Shown here in pieces: positions 40,094 to 53,129 of a DNA stretch of 64,000 nt; the first letter of the stretch is position 1, and every line of letters begins with the position of its first letter. The translations under genes and the position numbers were made by a program. The notes beneath the pieces are model-generated. The model saw nothing but the letters and a program-made list of their open reading frames with translations, was not told the origin of the DNA and made no database searches. Source of the stretch: Chiloscyllium plagiosum (taxonomy: Eukaryota); contig NC_057718.1 in assembly GCF_004010195.1 (NCBI RefSeq), positions 45,486,717 through 45,550,716 on the forward strand. Direction: 5' to 3'.

Positions 40094-40334
40094 TTTGGAA
40101 TTCACATCAGAACTGAAGTTAAAAAAAAATGCACGGAACCCTACCTTAAACTCACCATTCAATGGACTGAAGGGTCTGTTTCCATGCTGTACATCTCTAT
40201 GACTTTATATAAACCAGATTATAATACCATTTACATACCTGCTTATTTTCAATTTCCACGTTAGGAAAGAAAGCGAGAGTAGAGAAGGAGCAACGCCAGA
40301 GTGCAGAGTACAGGGCAACAGGGGATAACAGAAT

Positions 40335-40627
40335 CATAGAATCAGAATCCCTAGAGTGTGGCAGCAGGTCACCAGGCCCATCGAGTTCACACTGACCTGC
40401 TGAAGAGCATCCCATGCAGATTCCCCCAACCCTGCATTTCCTACGGCTAATCCACCTAACCTGCACATTTTTAGACTTTGGGAGGAATCTAGAGCACTCA
40501 GAGGAAACTCACACATTCACGGGAGAATGTGGAAACTCCACAGAGACAGTTGCCAGAGGGTGGAATCGATCCCGGATTCCTGGTGCTGCGATGCAGCAGT
40601 GCTAACCACTGAGCCAACATGTCGCCC
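40335..40627 (-). mobile_element. HE1-like SINE, diverged
   Basis: Reverse complement of the SINE head (TGGCTCAGTGGTTAGCACTGCTG) and V-domain. Confidence 0.85.
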
Positions 40628-40954
40628 TCTAATGAGCGAATGAGCAAAGGACTAATGAGAAAGAAGAGGAGGAAAAAACAAAAGAAAGAGAAAAAATTTT
40701 TTTTAAAAAAAAGAGGAAAAAAGGTAAAGTAGAATAAAAAAGACAAAAGAAAAAGATACTTCTGGAGTTCAACCAGAGTTCGGACATGTAGCTCCAGGAG
40801 GTGAAAACCTGCTCTCATATACTGTGCTCTAATAAAGTTCACTTGAATAAAGTGGCCTCAAAAGCTATTCAATACTGAAACCATTGCAGCTGTTAAATAT
40901 TGACTTCATCTTCTGTAAGAAAGAGCATCTACAAGTAACGGGTCTGCACTGACA

Positions 40955-41657
40955 ATGCTGAAAATGTGTTGCTAGAAAAGCACAGTAGGTCAGGCAGCAT
41001 CCAAGGGGCAGGAGAATCAACGTTTCGGGCAGGAGCCCTTCTCCAGGAATGAGGAGTGTGTGCCAAGCAGGCTAAGATAAAAAAGGTAGGGAGGAGGGAC
41101 TTGGGGGAGGGGCGTTGGAAAAGCAATAGGTGGAATGAGGTTAAGGTGAGGGTGATAGGCCGGAGTGTGGGTGGGGGCGGAGAGGTCAGGAAGAAGATTG
41201 CAGGTTAGGAAGGTGGTGCACGGAGGGAGTGGGCTTTTCGGAACGCTGATAGGGGAGGGGAGGGAAATACATTCCTTGTGGTGGGGCCCGTTTGGAGGCG
41301 GCGGAAATGACGACGGATGATACGATGTATATGGAGGTTGGTGAGGACCAGTGGGGTTCTGTCCTGGTGTCGATCACGTCTGGGGGGAAATTGCGGTCTT
41401 TGAAGAAGGAGGCCATCTGGGTTGTTCGGTATTGGAACTGGTCCTCCCGGGAGCAGATGCGGCGGAGACGAAGGAATTGGGAATATGGGATGGCGTTTTT
41501 ACAGGGGGCAGGGTGGGAGGAGGAGGTGTAGTCTAGGTAGCTGTGGGAGTCACTTTCCTCATTCCTGGAGAAGGGCTCATGCCCGAAACGTCCATTCTCC
41601 TGCTCCTTGGATGCTGCCTGACCTGCTGTGCTTTTCCAGCAACACATTTTCAGCTCT
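40955..41657 (-). mobile_element. Truncated Penelope-like element bounded by ~100-bp inverted termini
   Basis: SHSYLDYTSS...PCKNAIPYSQFLRLRRICSREDQF (PLE post-RT region); gctgaaaatgtgttgctagaaaag...ggaatgagga at 40957-41055 is inverted at 41556-41654. Confidence 0.88.
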
Positions 41658-41955
41658 AAACAGATTTTCATTCAAGTATCTTTTATTCACAAGTACATTT
41701 CAAATTTGCATCTATTTTATCTAATAACAATAAGAAACTTTTGCTTAGTTTACTATTCAACTGTTGATGAAAGTTGCTAAGCTTTTATTTTGTTTAAAGC
41801 TAAAACATTAGTCAGTTATTTTTAAACATTGAAACAATGGTGTTAACACAAGCTACTTAATTCCTGAGTGCATGGGCCACACTACAGACATTCCTGGTAT
41901 GGTCACAACAACAGAATTACTACAACTGGGATTTTAAAATCCTTCTCTTTCTAAC

Positions 41956-42058
41956 CTCTTCCCCAGCATGGATCTCCTTCACAGCTCGGACTTCTGCTGT
42001 TGTACCCTTGTAGGTTACAATCACATTTGGGCAGCAGCTATGATTCATCAAGGCAACG
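41956..42058 (-). CDS. SMYD2: SMYD2 coding exon, SET core (SVALMNHSCCPNVIVTYKGTTAEVRAVKEIHAGEE)
   Basis: tatatag|c gtt gcc...gaa gag|gttaga; 103 nt; NHSCxPN SAM-binding motif. Confidence 0.96.
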
Positions 42059-42603
42059 CTATATAAAAAAAAAGGAACAAAACCAAAGTATATCAGGAAT
42101 TTCAATACTCTAAAGTTAGTTCAGTTTCAAAACCTCAACTTAAAATGGATAAAACATTTACAAGTTGGAAATACATAATGTACAACCAACAACTAAATTT
42201 ATAAAAAACTAGTAAATAAATGTTATAACTTGTATTTGCAACCTTTTTTTTTTAAAAAAAGAAAAAGTTCAGACAAGACATGGAGATGCTTCAAGTGACT
42301 GGCACAATGAGCACAGTTGTTGTGATGGTGATGTAGTCAAGGGGGCTGTGCAAGTCACAGTTTTGTTTCCAGGATGTGTGTCTGGTTTATGGTACGTCGA
42401 GGTCTTCCTCTCCTAGAGTGCAAAGTTTACAGATAGCCCCCTAGAACCTCCCAAAAATCGATGAGCACAGAAAATTAGAATTTGAATCAACTCAGATCGA
42501 GAAAACTATGTCCTGCAATTTATCAAGCAAGTCTTTTACTGTACTAAACTACACAGTTTAAATCACAAGCAAAATTTGAAAGAACTGTGGATACTCCCGA
42601 ATC

Positions 42604-42797
42604 AAAACCAAAAACAGAAGTCGCTGGAAAAGCTCAGCGGGTCTGGCAGCATCTGAAGAGAGCTCAAAGTTAATGTTTTGGGTCCAATGGCCCTTTGATT
42701 TCTCCAAGGGTCACTGGACCCAAAATGGTAACTATGACTTCTCTTCACAGATGCTGCCAGACCTGCTGAGCTTTTCCAGCGACTTCTGTTTTTGGTT
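42604..42797. mobile_element. Penelope-derived hairpin element (second subfamily)
   Basis: aaccaaaaacagaagtcgctggaaaagctcagcgggtctggcagcatctg is inverted as cagatgctgccagacctgctgagcttttccagcgacttctgtttttggtt. Confidence 0.88.
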
Positions 42798-44511
42798 CTT
42801 AATCACGTCAGCATTAAGAAACAAAAAAAAAACCAAGCCATTGAAGAGACTTAGAGATTTTGCTTGCTTTGATGATGCAGCATTAGATTACAATTCTCCC
42901 CCCCCGCCATCTTTAGCTGCCCTTGTAGCCTTAACAAAATACTTCTTGAGGAAGTGCCTCACATTAGCAACACGTGCAAAATACTTACAAATAGTTAAAA
43001 TGTATATAAAAGATGTTGATCGTTTTGTAAGTGCCAAATACAACCCACATCACTGCAGTAACAATCTTGGAGGAGTTACTGAATCTGACAGAGTAATGGA
43101 ACTAAATAAATACTCAGCAGGCATTAATGCAGAGAGCTTCAGCAATTAGGTCAGTCCAAGGATGTGTAATTACAGTGCTACAACACTGTCAGGCTTGAGT
43201 CTTCCAAGGCTAGTGCCCCAAGACACCATCAGCAGCTTCCAATCTCAAAAAAGAAACTCAACTGGGGACATCAAGGATAGATCAGCCTTCATCTTCCTAT
43301 CAAACTCTTCATTACCCCCCTTTAGTTAAAGATGCCATAATCTATATTCAAAAAAGCACAGAGCAGAATAGAGTGGGAGTTCAGCTTTCAGCTACAGTAC
43401 AGACAGTGTACCAGTGCCCTATCCTGAATACATTTGAGATCTCAGTTTTTATGTTTGAAGTAAGGAACTGCATAAATATCATGTTGCTCTCTGGACTAAC
43501 TGAATCAAGTGTATTTTTCCTCAGTCTACAAAATAGCAAAGTCTCATACAAAATATACAAAAAATATCCATAATAGTAGAACAATTTTTGATTTAAGTTG
43601 GAAAACTCCCAAATTTTGATCTCTGTAGCACCGCATAAAGAAATTAAAAATCGCAGTAAAGCAACAGTATCCTAGGTGATTTTTTGAATTCATACACCAT
43701 ACTGTTCTGTGTTTTCTATATTACATAGTGGCTACTCAAACTCACCTGCACAAATATTATTCCATGGCCATGACCAATCTAGCGACCAATAAATAATTAC
43801 TACTATTTTAATTGATATAGTATTGCCAGCTACACTGCCTTAACATTAGGTACCTGGCTGCCTCTCAGCTGGATAATGGCCTTTGACAGAAGAGAAAAAA
43901 AGCACAGGAGCATTTAAAAAAAAAAGACACAGGAGCTATATCTGAAAAAGGGAACAGAAAAAAAACCCCAAAGTAAAGCTGCACAAAATAGAAGTTGGAG
44001 GATGTGTATGTGGAACCAACTTTTTAAAGTGAATCAACCCTCTCACTGCATTGCCCATTTTAAAGGCCGGGTCTAAAACCGTTAACTTGCTTGGTGTGTT
44101 GCATTACATTCGTCTGCCCACCCCAAAATCAGTTAGTATATTGCATTACATTCCTCTGCTTCCCCCATCAGTTGGCCCAATATAGTGAATAATGTTTGCT
44201 TCCTCAGTTGAGGTGCATTGTGATAGAAAGGAATTTCTGGAAACATTCAGGTCACTGATCCTGTGATTATCCGCGCAAATTACATTGGATGAAACCTGCT
44301 TTTACTTTTGAAAGCTCTTATATTGTAACCTATATCTTGCTAGCAATAACAATACTATTGAGTACAACAGGCAGAGGGGGTTAGCAGCAAGCAGTCTTAT
44401 CAGGAACTCATCTATAACTTTAAAGATGAAACAATTGCACTGGACTACCTTATATTAGAACAATCTTATTAAATATCAATAGAAAACAAAGCTTTGCATT
44501 ACAGTTCTCAC

Positions 44512-44579
44512 CTTGGAAAGATAGCAGAACCCAAGTGAGAAAGCTCTTCATCCTCAATTGTGAATCCATTACAGTTGAC
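44512..44579 (-). CDS. SMYD2: SMYD2 coding exon (VNCNGFTIEDEELSHLGSAIFP)
   Basis: ttttaaaag|gtc aac...cca ag|gtgaga; 68 nt; same peptide as the recalled human segment. Confidence 0.96.
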
Positions 44580-44744
44580 CTTTTAAAAAAAAAGCCAAAA
44601 ACTAAAACCTTTGCAGAAATAATTGCTTCAAGTTATTCCCTACAGATAAGAGCTTAACCAGTGTCCCCCTATGCTTTGGTGTCAATTTGAATCTGCCTGA
44701 TAAACATTATGTTGAGGAGCTGATGTTGGACTGGGGTGGTTAAA

Positions 44745-45930
44745 AGGTAAAAATCACAACACCAGGTCACAGTCCAACAGGTGTATTTGTAAACACTAGC
44801 TTTCGGAGCGTCACTCCTTCATCAGGTAGCAGTGGAACAGGACCATAAGATACAGAACTAATATAGTAAGGATTACACAGTGTCATGCAACTGAAATGAT
44901 ATATTGAACAAACCTAGATTGCTTTTAAGTCTTTCATCTTTTAGAATGGGTTGCAGGTTTCAGTTCATTAGTATGTAAAGCCCAGAACTTCTGGAAGTCA
45001 CATTCTCAAGATAATTTAAGGTTTTATTAAACAAAAAGGCAAAATCTCAGCTCACACAATGCATTAAAGGTGTGAGGTTAGAGTTGGTCTGTATCCCAAT
45101 CTGGGGCCAGAACTGGTTCTACTTCCAAAAGTAGGAATTTATAAAATATTAAATGGATTGACTGCTTGCAGTTTGTGCGCTTTGTGAGCAAAATAGAATG
45201 CATCTGCAAATATAAATTCATCCCAAAGATTGGTCTGTGTGAGCGAGTGAGAGCACTCTCATTGGGCAGCCTGCAACACATTGAGGAGAGTGAGCAACTC
45301 ACCAAGACTTTCCCTACGCCTCCATTTCTCACCTTTAAACAACCATACAACCCTGTCATGGCATGACATGTCAGTGTCAACATGGATACCATTACACATG
45401 GGGACACCAGCCACTATGTATGCAGCAGGTACTCTGCTGACGTTGTCGCTCATGCTGCAGGCAAGGATGCCCTGAGGCACGGTACATTCGCGGGACCGAG
45501 TGGAGGCAACGACGACCTGGGAACACTTCAGCGGTCAGGGACATTTGGCCGTGGATCCTCAGGTGACCATGAGCATCGTTACGCCCCGGGGGGGGGGGGA
45601 GAGAAAGACACCCTGCAGGCAGTCAATCCGTGCAATACTTTATACATTTGGAAATAGAACCAGTTCTGACCACACTTTCATAAAACCTTAACTTAACTCA
45701 AGAATGTGACTTGAAAGAAGTTCTGGGATTTACATATTAATGAACCAAAACCTGCAACCCATTCTAAAAGATGAAAGACTTAACAGTACTGTAATATCAT
45801 TTCAGTTGCTTGACAGTAATCTTTTGATACAAATTGTGTCTCATGATCTGGCTCCATAGCTACCAGAAGAAGCAGCGCTATGAAAGCTAGTGCTTTCAAA
45901 TAAAGCTGTTGGACTATAACCTGGTGCTGC
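44745..45930. mobile_element. Penelope-like element remnant (third family): ~270-bp inverted arms around a GIY-YIG endonuclease fragment
   Basis: 44760-45030 is inverted at ~45680-45926; the + strand centre encodes decayed NMDTITHGDTSHYVCSRYS...CRQGCPEAxYI, resembling the N-terminus of a PLE GIY-YIG domain. Confidence 0.78.
44794..44829 (-). ncRNA. Minimal type I hammerhead ribozyme motif with intact core
   Basis: Minus strand tac CTGATGA A GGAG TGACG CTCC GAAA G CTA gtg: core CUGAUGA/GAAA, 4-bp stem II, self-complementary AGCU stem III, triplet CUA, 3-bp stem I. Confidence 0.7.
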
Positions 45931-46199
45931 CTAATAAAGGCTAGAGGGAGAAAATGGTCGCAAATCAGAACTGCAGTCACAGACAACGTTTAGAAATTAA
46001 TGAATGAAAGGCAGATTTTTGTGGTCTGCAAAGTTATTTCGCAATCTCTTTCTGCACAAAAGATTTTCTTGAAATGAGTTATTGTTTTCGTCAGGATAAC
46101 AATTTTTTCACTCATGGGTGCTGAACTAATCACCATTCCTTCTCCTTTCGAAAAGCAGACAGTGCATAAAGTAGCCAGCATTCTCCATTCAGCACAAGT

Positions 46200-47080
46200 T
46201 CAGTGAGCTCTCGGCCTCAAGAGGTGCTGAAACATGACCCACAACAGGTAGGTACCTGACCACCCAGATTTTAGTGTCAGGAATAGTGACTGCCAAACAA
46301 ACAGAGTCCTAGAGTTGCAATCTAGCATTCGCCAGCCAAGCACACAACTGTACTACTGCTTCTGGCTTGCTGTCATCAATTTCAGATAATCCCTAGCTTG
46401 AAAGAAAGGCACAGCAAGCTAATGATCTGGTTGGCTAATTAAAGGCATGCAGCTTAGGAAATCACTTTATATTTGAATGCAGAAACATGGCCATTAAAGA
46501 TAAAAATGATGGACATTACATAGCATTTTCTAAATTAAATTTGGACTTTTAGTCATTGTATTGGTATTTCCCGCTGACAAAAATCAAACAATTGAATTAG
46601 TATTTACCAAAAGGATGAATAAACCCAGGCATGCTCAATCTAGATCAATTCCAACTTGGCATTTACAGATTTGAAAGCATTGCTAAGTTTCAAAGCCAAA
46701 TAGAGGCACATTAAATAAGGAGCCATGAAACTCATTCCTTCCAACAATGCAGTTAGGTGAGGGAACTTCTCACCAGGGGACCCTGGAAAATACAGCCTCA
46801 CCCAGGAATGAGAACGGAAGCGACTGAATATCCAGAAGGAGCCTGCAGTTTTAATCAACAGATTATGTATTGGCTAAGAATGTGGCATTTTCAACTGTTT
46901 TAAGTAATCAATAGAAAAAAAGTTTTTTTTCTGTAATTTATTAATTCAATAAGTAATACTTACTTGATGTTGATCTGAGTTTGTTAGTTACAGTAAACAT
47001 CAAATCTTATGTGATTCAAACAATTTCGAGGAATCTTTGCTTTGTAAAATAGTTTACAAATTTCTCTTGGGGTCATAACA
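46200..47080 (+). mobile_element. Possible old solo LTR (5' boundary uncertain)
   Basis: Ends GGGGTCATAACA like the other LTR ends, with an upstream AATAA-rich segment. Confidence 0.3.
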
Positions 47081-49478
47081 GCACATTTTTGCTACCCCTC
47101 AGAGATATTGTATTATAGGTCTCTTCACTAACCCAGTCACAAGCACTTTATATTTACTCATTCATAATTCTTTTATTAACCCTCAAGCGTACACCAGTAT
47201 TCATTCATAATTGCCTACTATAAACACTATCATTCATAAACTGTGGTTTTATAATACATTTTATTATTGCAAAATAGACTTAAATTAAAGCAATGGCCCG
47301 TAATACTTCCAAATTCTTTACTTCTCCTTCACACCATCAACCCTTATCAGACCTATTTACATCTAAAGCTACCTCTGAATAAATACCAGAGACTACTAAC
47401 CTATTCAGAACAATACCATCGCCACCATTATGTCTCTATGACTTACCTGAAACTATGGAAATATTATAATATTAATCAGCCCTTGCCAACTGTCTCTTGG
47501 ACCTGACCAGATTACAAAACAGCAAACATTTTCCCCATTTAGTATGTACTTGTTAAACACCTTAAGTGGGCTGTTATCCTTTTAAATAAACCATCAAAAA
47601 CAGTGCTTAAGTGAACCTGCATGAATGAATGCGAGAAACTCACACTGACAAATCTCACAATCCAGCTATGGAATCAATTTAATATCCAGTATTCTTTTAA
47701 GCACAGGTATAATATCTAATTTGGAGTATTTAGGCAGAATATATTTTTACTAACAAAAGAAAGGACAAACACCTCAATTATGCAAGCAGACAGACACACT
47801 TAATCTCATCATAAATAACAGCCACAATTTAACAGATGTTTAACCCCTCTCCTATCTCCACAGAACAAAAAAGGTCTGGGGGACTTTAGTTAGTTAAAAC
47901 AATTGTTATGGACCAGGCCAGACCCTGTCAAAACATTTCAAGAAAGCGCCCCAGATCCTAACTTAGGGTCTTACAGGAGAGACGTCAGAGAGACACACAA
48001 AGACAGAGGACCAGCCTAGATCTGCTTCTCTCGAGGTCAACAGCTTTTTAAACATTACGGTGCTAAAACCAAACCAAAGTCATTGATGCTGGGAGAACCG
48101 GCCACTCCCCTTTCATTGTGCAAGTGTTTTCTTTAAACTTAAAAGCCTTTTGCCTGAGGCAGTATGTTAGCTATAATCAAATTGGCCTTGAAACCCTTCA
48201 ACTTAGATCTTTGAGTCTGTCTTTTGTAACCAAAAAAAAAGAGGGCAACATAACCTTGTTAAAAGGAATGGCATTGTCACACGTTCCCCCCTTAAAAGGG
48301 CTATCAATATCCAAAGATGGTTTCACTTTAAAACCCTTAATTTTAAACTGTTAGTACCCTATAACATACACATTACATTGAACCGGAATGTATTTGTGCA
48401 TGTTTATAGTCAGTCTGTTGAATTCCTCCCACTGAATGTCCCATTCTAGTCTCAATAATACATTGAGAATTAAGTTTTCTCGTACCGCTACATGTACAAT
48501 TTTCAAATTGAATGGCTGTAAACACAAGCTCCACAATTTCTCCACAAACTTCAATGGGTTATGATCAGTGTATAGGATTGTCTCAAATATGTTACTCCTA
48601 ACAAATATTGAAACATTGTAACGCCAACATCAAACTCTCTCCTTCTCAACCAAATATTTTTGCTGATGAATGCTCAATTTCCTGGAGAAATACCCAACAG
48701 GTTTATCTTCTCATCATCTTCTTAAAAGAGCACAGCACTAACACCCAGATCACTTGCATCGATAGCCACCTTGAACGGTTTGTGTAATTAGGTGTGGCTA
48801 ATACTAGGTAGTGGTTAACACAGCTTTTAGGCTGTCAAATGCCTTTGACAGTCCACTGTCAACTTGAGGGTTATGCCTATACGGATGTTGCTTAATTGGA
48901 ACAGCATCTCCTATGTCTACATCATGCATAATTAGGTTATTATTTCCCAGCTAATTTCCACATATCTTCCCATGAGTAATAACTCTTTCAGCTCATTTCG
49001 ATTTTCCTCTGGAAGGTAACTCAATAATATATCCCAATTTTTGACACCTTGCTCATTGTCCAGCCTAATTTTAGGAATCGCCAATTCAGAATCCTCTGAA
49101 CTGGATTCTTCCCTCAATGCTGTAACCAATTAGCACTGTCCTCTTGCTTTCCTTCCCTAATCACATGACACACTGATTTCTTTGCATCTGGAGCCCTTAT
49201 TAAATAGTTAACCACACAATTTCCTTTTGGTAAGATCCACTAAACTTTGCTTTTAAAAGGTTCACCTATCTCTGGAAGTAACACTAACACCTTATCTCTG
49301 GTAACAAAATTGCAAGTTTTTGATTCCTGTCTGCTTCCTGTTTCATTTTATCCTTTGTTACTTTAAAATGCTGTCTAGCCAATTACCCCGCTCTATTTAA
49401 ATTGATCATGTGGTCTCTGAATTCTGACTTGCCAATTTCTCCTTAATTTTAGTCGCCCTCACTTCATGCCCAAAAGCT

Positions 49479-49635
49479 AAAATGTGCAGGTTAGGTGAAT
49501 TGGACATGCTAAATTGCCCATAGTGTTAGGTGAAGGGTAAATATAGGAGTATGCCTGGGTGGTATACGCTTCGGCGGGTCGGTGCGGACTTGTTGGGCCG
49601 AAGGGCCTGTTTCCACACTAAGTAATCTAATCTAA
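49479..49635 (+). mobile_element. 5'-truncated HE1-like SINE
   Basis: atgtgcaggttaggtgaattgg...ccacactaagtaatctaatctaa. Confidence 0.85.
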
Positions 49636-49962
49636 TTCAAATAGACAATTTGATTCATTTGGTGACATCGCTGATCGCAAAAAGTATAAACAGAATTCCC
49701 TTACCCCAATCACCAGACTGTCTTGACTAGAAGCCCTCAAGATGGTCTTTTAATGTCTGCTGCCACCTTTCTAGCGATCCCTGCGATTCTGGATGGTATG
49801 CAGTAAATTTGAATTATTTTATTCCTTAGCTGTCCATACCTTCCTTGAATAATTCCAATGTGGAGTTTGACCCTTGATCTGATTGTATCTCTGCGGGTGG
49901 ACCATATCTGGTCCAAACAAATTGAGTAATTCCTCTACAATCTTATTAGCTGTGATGTTAGT

Positions 49963-50283
49963 GGGCGGCACGGTGGCAGAGTGGTTAGCACTGCTACCTC
50001 ACAGCGCCAGAGACCCGGGTTCAATTCCCGCCTCAGGCGACTGACTGTGTGGAGTTTGCACATTCTCCCAGTGTCTGCGTGGGTTTCCTCCGGGTGCTCA
50101 GGTTTCCCCCCCACAGTCCAAAGATGTGCAGGTCAGGTGAATTGGCCATGCTAAATTGCCCGTAGTGTTAGGTAAGGGGTAAATGTAGGGGTATGGGTGG
50201 GTTACGCTTCGGCAGGTCGGTGTGGACTTGTTGGGCCGAAGGGCCTGTTTCCACACTGTAATGTAATCTAAAAAAAAATCTAA
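49963..50283 (+). mobile_element. HE1-like SINE, young full-length copy
   Basis: gggcggcacggtggcagagtggttagc...gggttcaattccc...gtaatctaa. Confidence 0.92.
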
Positions 50284-50343
50284 TCATTATGTAATGGAAC
50301 AGCCTCTGGAAATCAACACATCCATTATTATCATCAACAAATA

Positions 50344-50519
50344 CAGAGGAACCTCCATTAGCCAAAGGGCATGAGCGGAGGGTGTATTTCATTCGGTAAA
50401 TCGAATTCCGGATAATCAAGTGCCAGATACCAGTTTAGCCAAGCATTGGGCAACCTTGCGATCTTGCCGGATTATCCGAATATCGGATAATTGAATGCTG
50501 GATGATCAAGGTTCTTCTG
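50344..50519. mobile_element. Tc1/mariner-pogo (Tigger-like) MITE
   Basis: TA|CAGAGGAACCT...AGGTTCTTCTG|TA: terminal inverted repeats with TA target duplication and internal CGGATAAT/ATTATCCG repeats. Confidence 0.8.
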
Positions 50520-50830
50520 TACTGATTCCCACTTTTTGTTTCAGATAGAGGCCCTACGCAAATCAATTAAGACTCTAGTAAAAGGTTCCTCAAATGCAGG
50601 AATAGATATTTAAAAAGTGTGGGTTTTATTACTGTCTGTGGTTTTCCAGTTACCTGACATGTATGGCAGATCTGGCAAAATTTAACTACATCCTTGTGCA
50701 GTCCAGGCCAGCAAGAATGTTTTTGTATTTTAGCTAGAGATTTTCCTCTTCCCCTAAATGACCCCTTACTAGTAGCTCATGCACCACTCAACACATTTCT
50801 ATAACCCGCTCACTATGATTTGATGAACTT

Positions 50831-51147
50831 GGGCGGCACGGTGGCACAGTGGTTAGCACTGCTGCCTCACGGCACCAGAGACCTGGGTTCAATTCCTGCC
50901 TCAGGCAAATGTCTGTGTGGAGTTTGCACATTCTCCCCGTGTCTGCGTGGGTTTCCTCTGGGTGCTCCGGTTTCCTCTCAGTCCAAAAATGTGCAGGATA
51001 GGTGAATTGGCCATGCTAAATTGCCCTAGTGTTAGGTGAAGGGGTAAACATAGGGGAATGGGTCTGGGTGGGTTGCTCTTCAGATGGTGGGTGTGGGCTT
51101 GTTGGGCCAAAGGGCTTGTTTCCACACTAAGCAATCTAAATCTAATC
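50831..51147 (+). mobile_element. HE1-like SINE
   Basis: Full head, V-domain and aatcta tail. Confidence 0.9.
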
Positions 51148-51161
51148 TTTTAAAAAAATAA

Positions 51162-51466
51162 GGGCTGCATGGTGGCTCAGTGGTTAGCACTGCTGCCTCA
51201 CAGCACCAGGGTCCCAGGTTCGATTCCAGTCTCGGGCGACCGTCTGTGTGGAGTTTGCACATTCTCCCAGTGTCTGCATGGGTTTCCTCCGGGTGCGCAG
51301 GTTTCCTCCCACAATCCAAAGATGTGCAGGTTAGGTGAATTGGCCATGCTAAATTGCCCCTACTGCCATTCAGAGGGGAATGGGTCTGGGTGGGTTACTC
51401 TTCAGAGGGTCGGTGTGGAGTTGTTGAGCCGAAGGGCTTGTTTCCACACTGTTGGGAATCTAATCT
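51162..51466 (+). mobile_element. HE1-like SINE, directly downstream of the previous copy
   Basis: gggctgcatggtggctcagtggttagc...ggttcgattcc...gaatctaatct. Confidence 0.9.
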
Positions 51467-53129
51467 ATAAACTTCTGCCCATTTTTCATCTACCTGAATA
51501 CATGATAATCTCCATTTCCTCATTAAGACATCATCATTTAAGATAGTAGCATTCAGGGATGCAATTACAGAATCCAAATGTCTTTTGATACAATTGCTGT
51601 TAATTTTCATTTTTCTGTTGTAACTCAGTTAATTTATCTGAGCTAAAGGGGTCTGCTTTGTCATCTCTCTTATCCTGGTTTGTCTCAACTATTTGATCAA
51701 ACAGGGTCTCTACTAATTCCACTTCAAAAAAACTTTATCTGTACTCTTTGATGTCTCCTGTTTGAACTGGCGACTTTGTGACCTTGTTACCACAGTCCAA
51801 AGAAATCCCAGGATGTGTCCTGGGATAGTTCAATTGCCAGAGTTTCCACTGGCTTTTCAACCACAGTAGGCAACACTCCTACTGGTGAACCAGCTATATC
51901 ATTAGCAAGGACAAATTGTATTCCTGCAATTTGTCCAGTACTCCTACCATGACTTTTCCACTTTTCACTGGACACTCTAACCTCACTCTACATAATTGAA
52001 TGCTCCTTGTCTCAGTGAACTCACGATACTAGCACCTTTACTGGCAATAGTCCTTCAGAGGTACACATTCCTTCATCTTTCAACATCACAGATTGAGAGG
52101 ATCTTGTATCTCTGAATATTGTAACCTCTAATTGCTGCTCCTGGCCTATGAGAGTAAACTTTACTTTCACAGGTATATGGTTTAAGATGATCTGGCACTT
52201 CCTCCTTAACCAACCTCTGACCAGCTTGTACATTCTGGTGCAGCTTTCTAGCCTCCACTGCAGCTTTCCATTTCCACGCCAACAAAATTCACTGGCTTGC
52301 CCTGTTTTCCTACATCTGGCTTCCCAGTGCTTTTCCTAACCCACCAACACTCATTTCATCTGGTCTACTTTATTGCAGTGACTTTAACTTCTTTCCCTGG
52401 CAAGGGTTTCCTTTTCACCCTGTGGTAAGTTTTCCTTATGATCTTCAGAGATCTACCTTTCCACACTAGGATTTCTCTTTTCCCCAATTTCTAGCACTCA
52501 CGGATTGAAACGGATTTTGGAAGCCAAATGTGGACTTATGGACCAACTCAATCATCAACCATTTCAGCTGCTAATTTTGCTGATTTAACTCTGCTCTGCC
52601 ACAAGAGTTCTCACTATGTCAGGAAGTGAATTTGTGAACTCCAAAATAATCGTTTCTCTAATAGCATCATAGGTTTGCTCTATCTTTAAAGCCCTATCCA
52701 CCTATCACAATTACTTGAGTTTGATCCTTTCAAACTCAATGTAGCATTTGACCAGGATCCCACCTTTGGGTTCTTGAAGTGTTGTCTGTAGGTTTCTGGC
52801 ACAAGCTCATTTGCATTTAAAATGGCTTTCTTCACCACCTCTTATGCCCCAGATATCTCCTCTGCTTGGGATGTGAACACCTCACTAGCTCTACAAGTTT
52901 TTTGTTTGGATCAACAAAACCCACATGGTCACTGGCCACTATATTTGTTGAGACACCTTTCCAAATCAAGATGAAAAAGAAGGCTTCCACATCCTTCTCA
53001 AATTTAGGCAATGCTCGAATATATCTAAACAGTTGCTCAACAGGCCTTTGGCTACCTTGGGTTTGCTCACCCTCACTCAGTTTACCTTCAACCTTCATCT
53101 CCACGCTTTTAAACTGACTTTCCTGTCCA

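Noticed and set aside
42673..43149. 158-aa ORF as a novel gene
   Set aside because: Starts inside a hairpin repeat, is antisense within a SMYD2 intron, and has no recognisable domain or splice support
49963..50035. tRNA genes at SINE heads
   Set aside because: A and B boxes run straight into the V-domain and (AATCT)n tail in every copy, so these are SINEs
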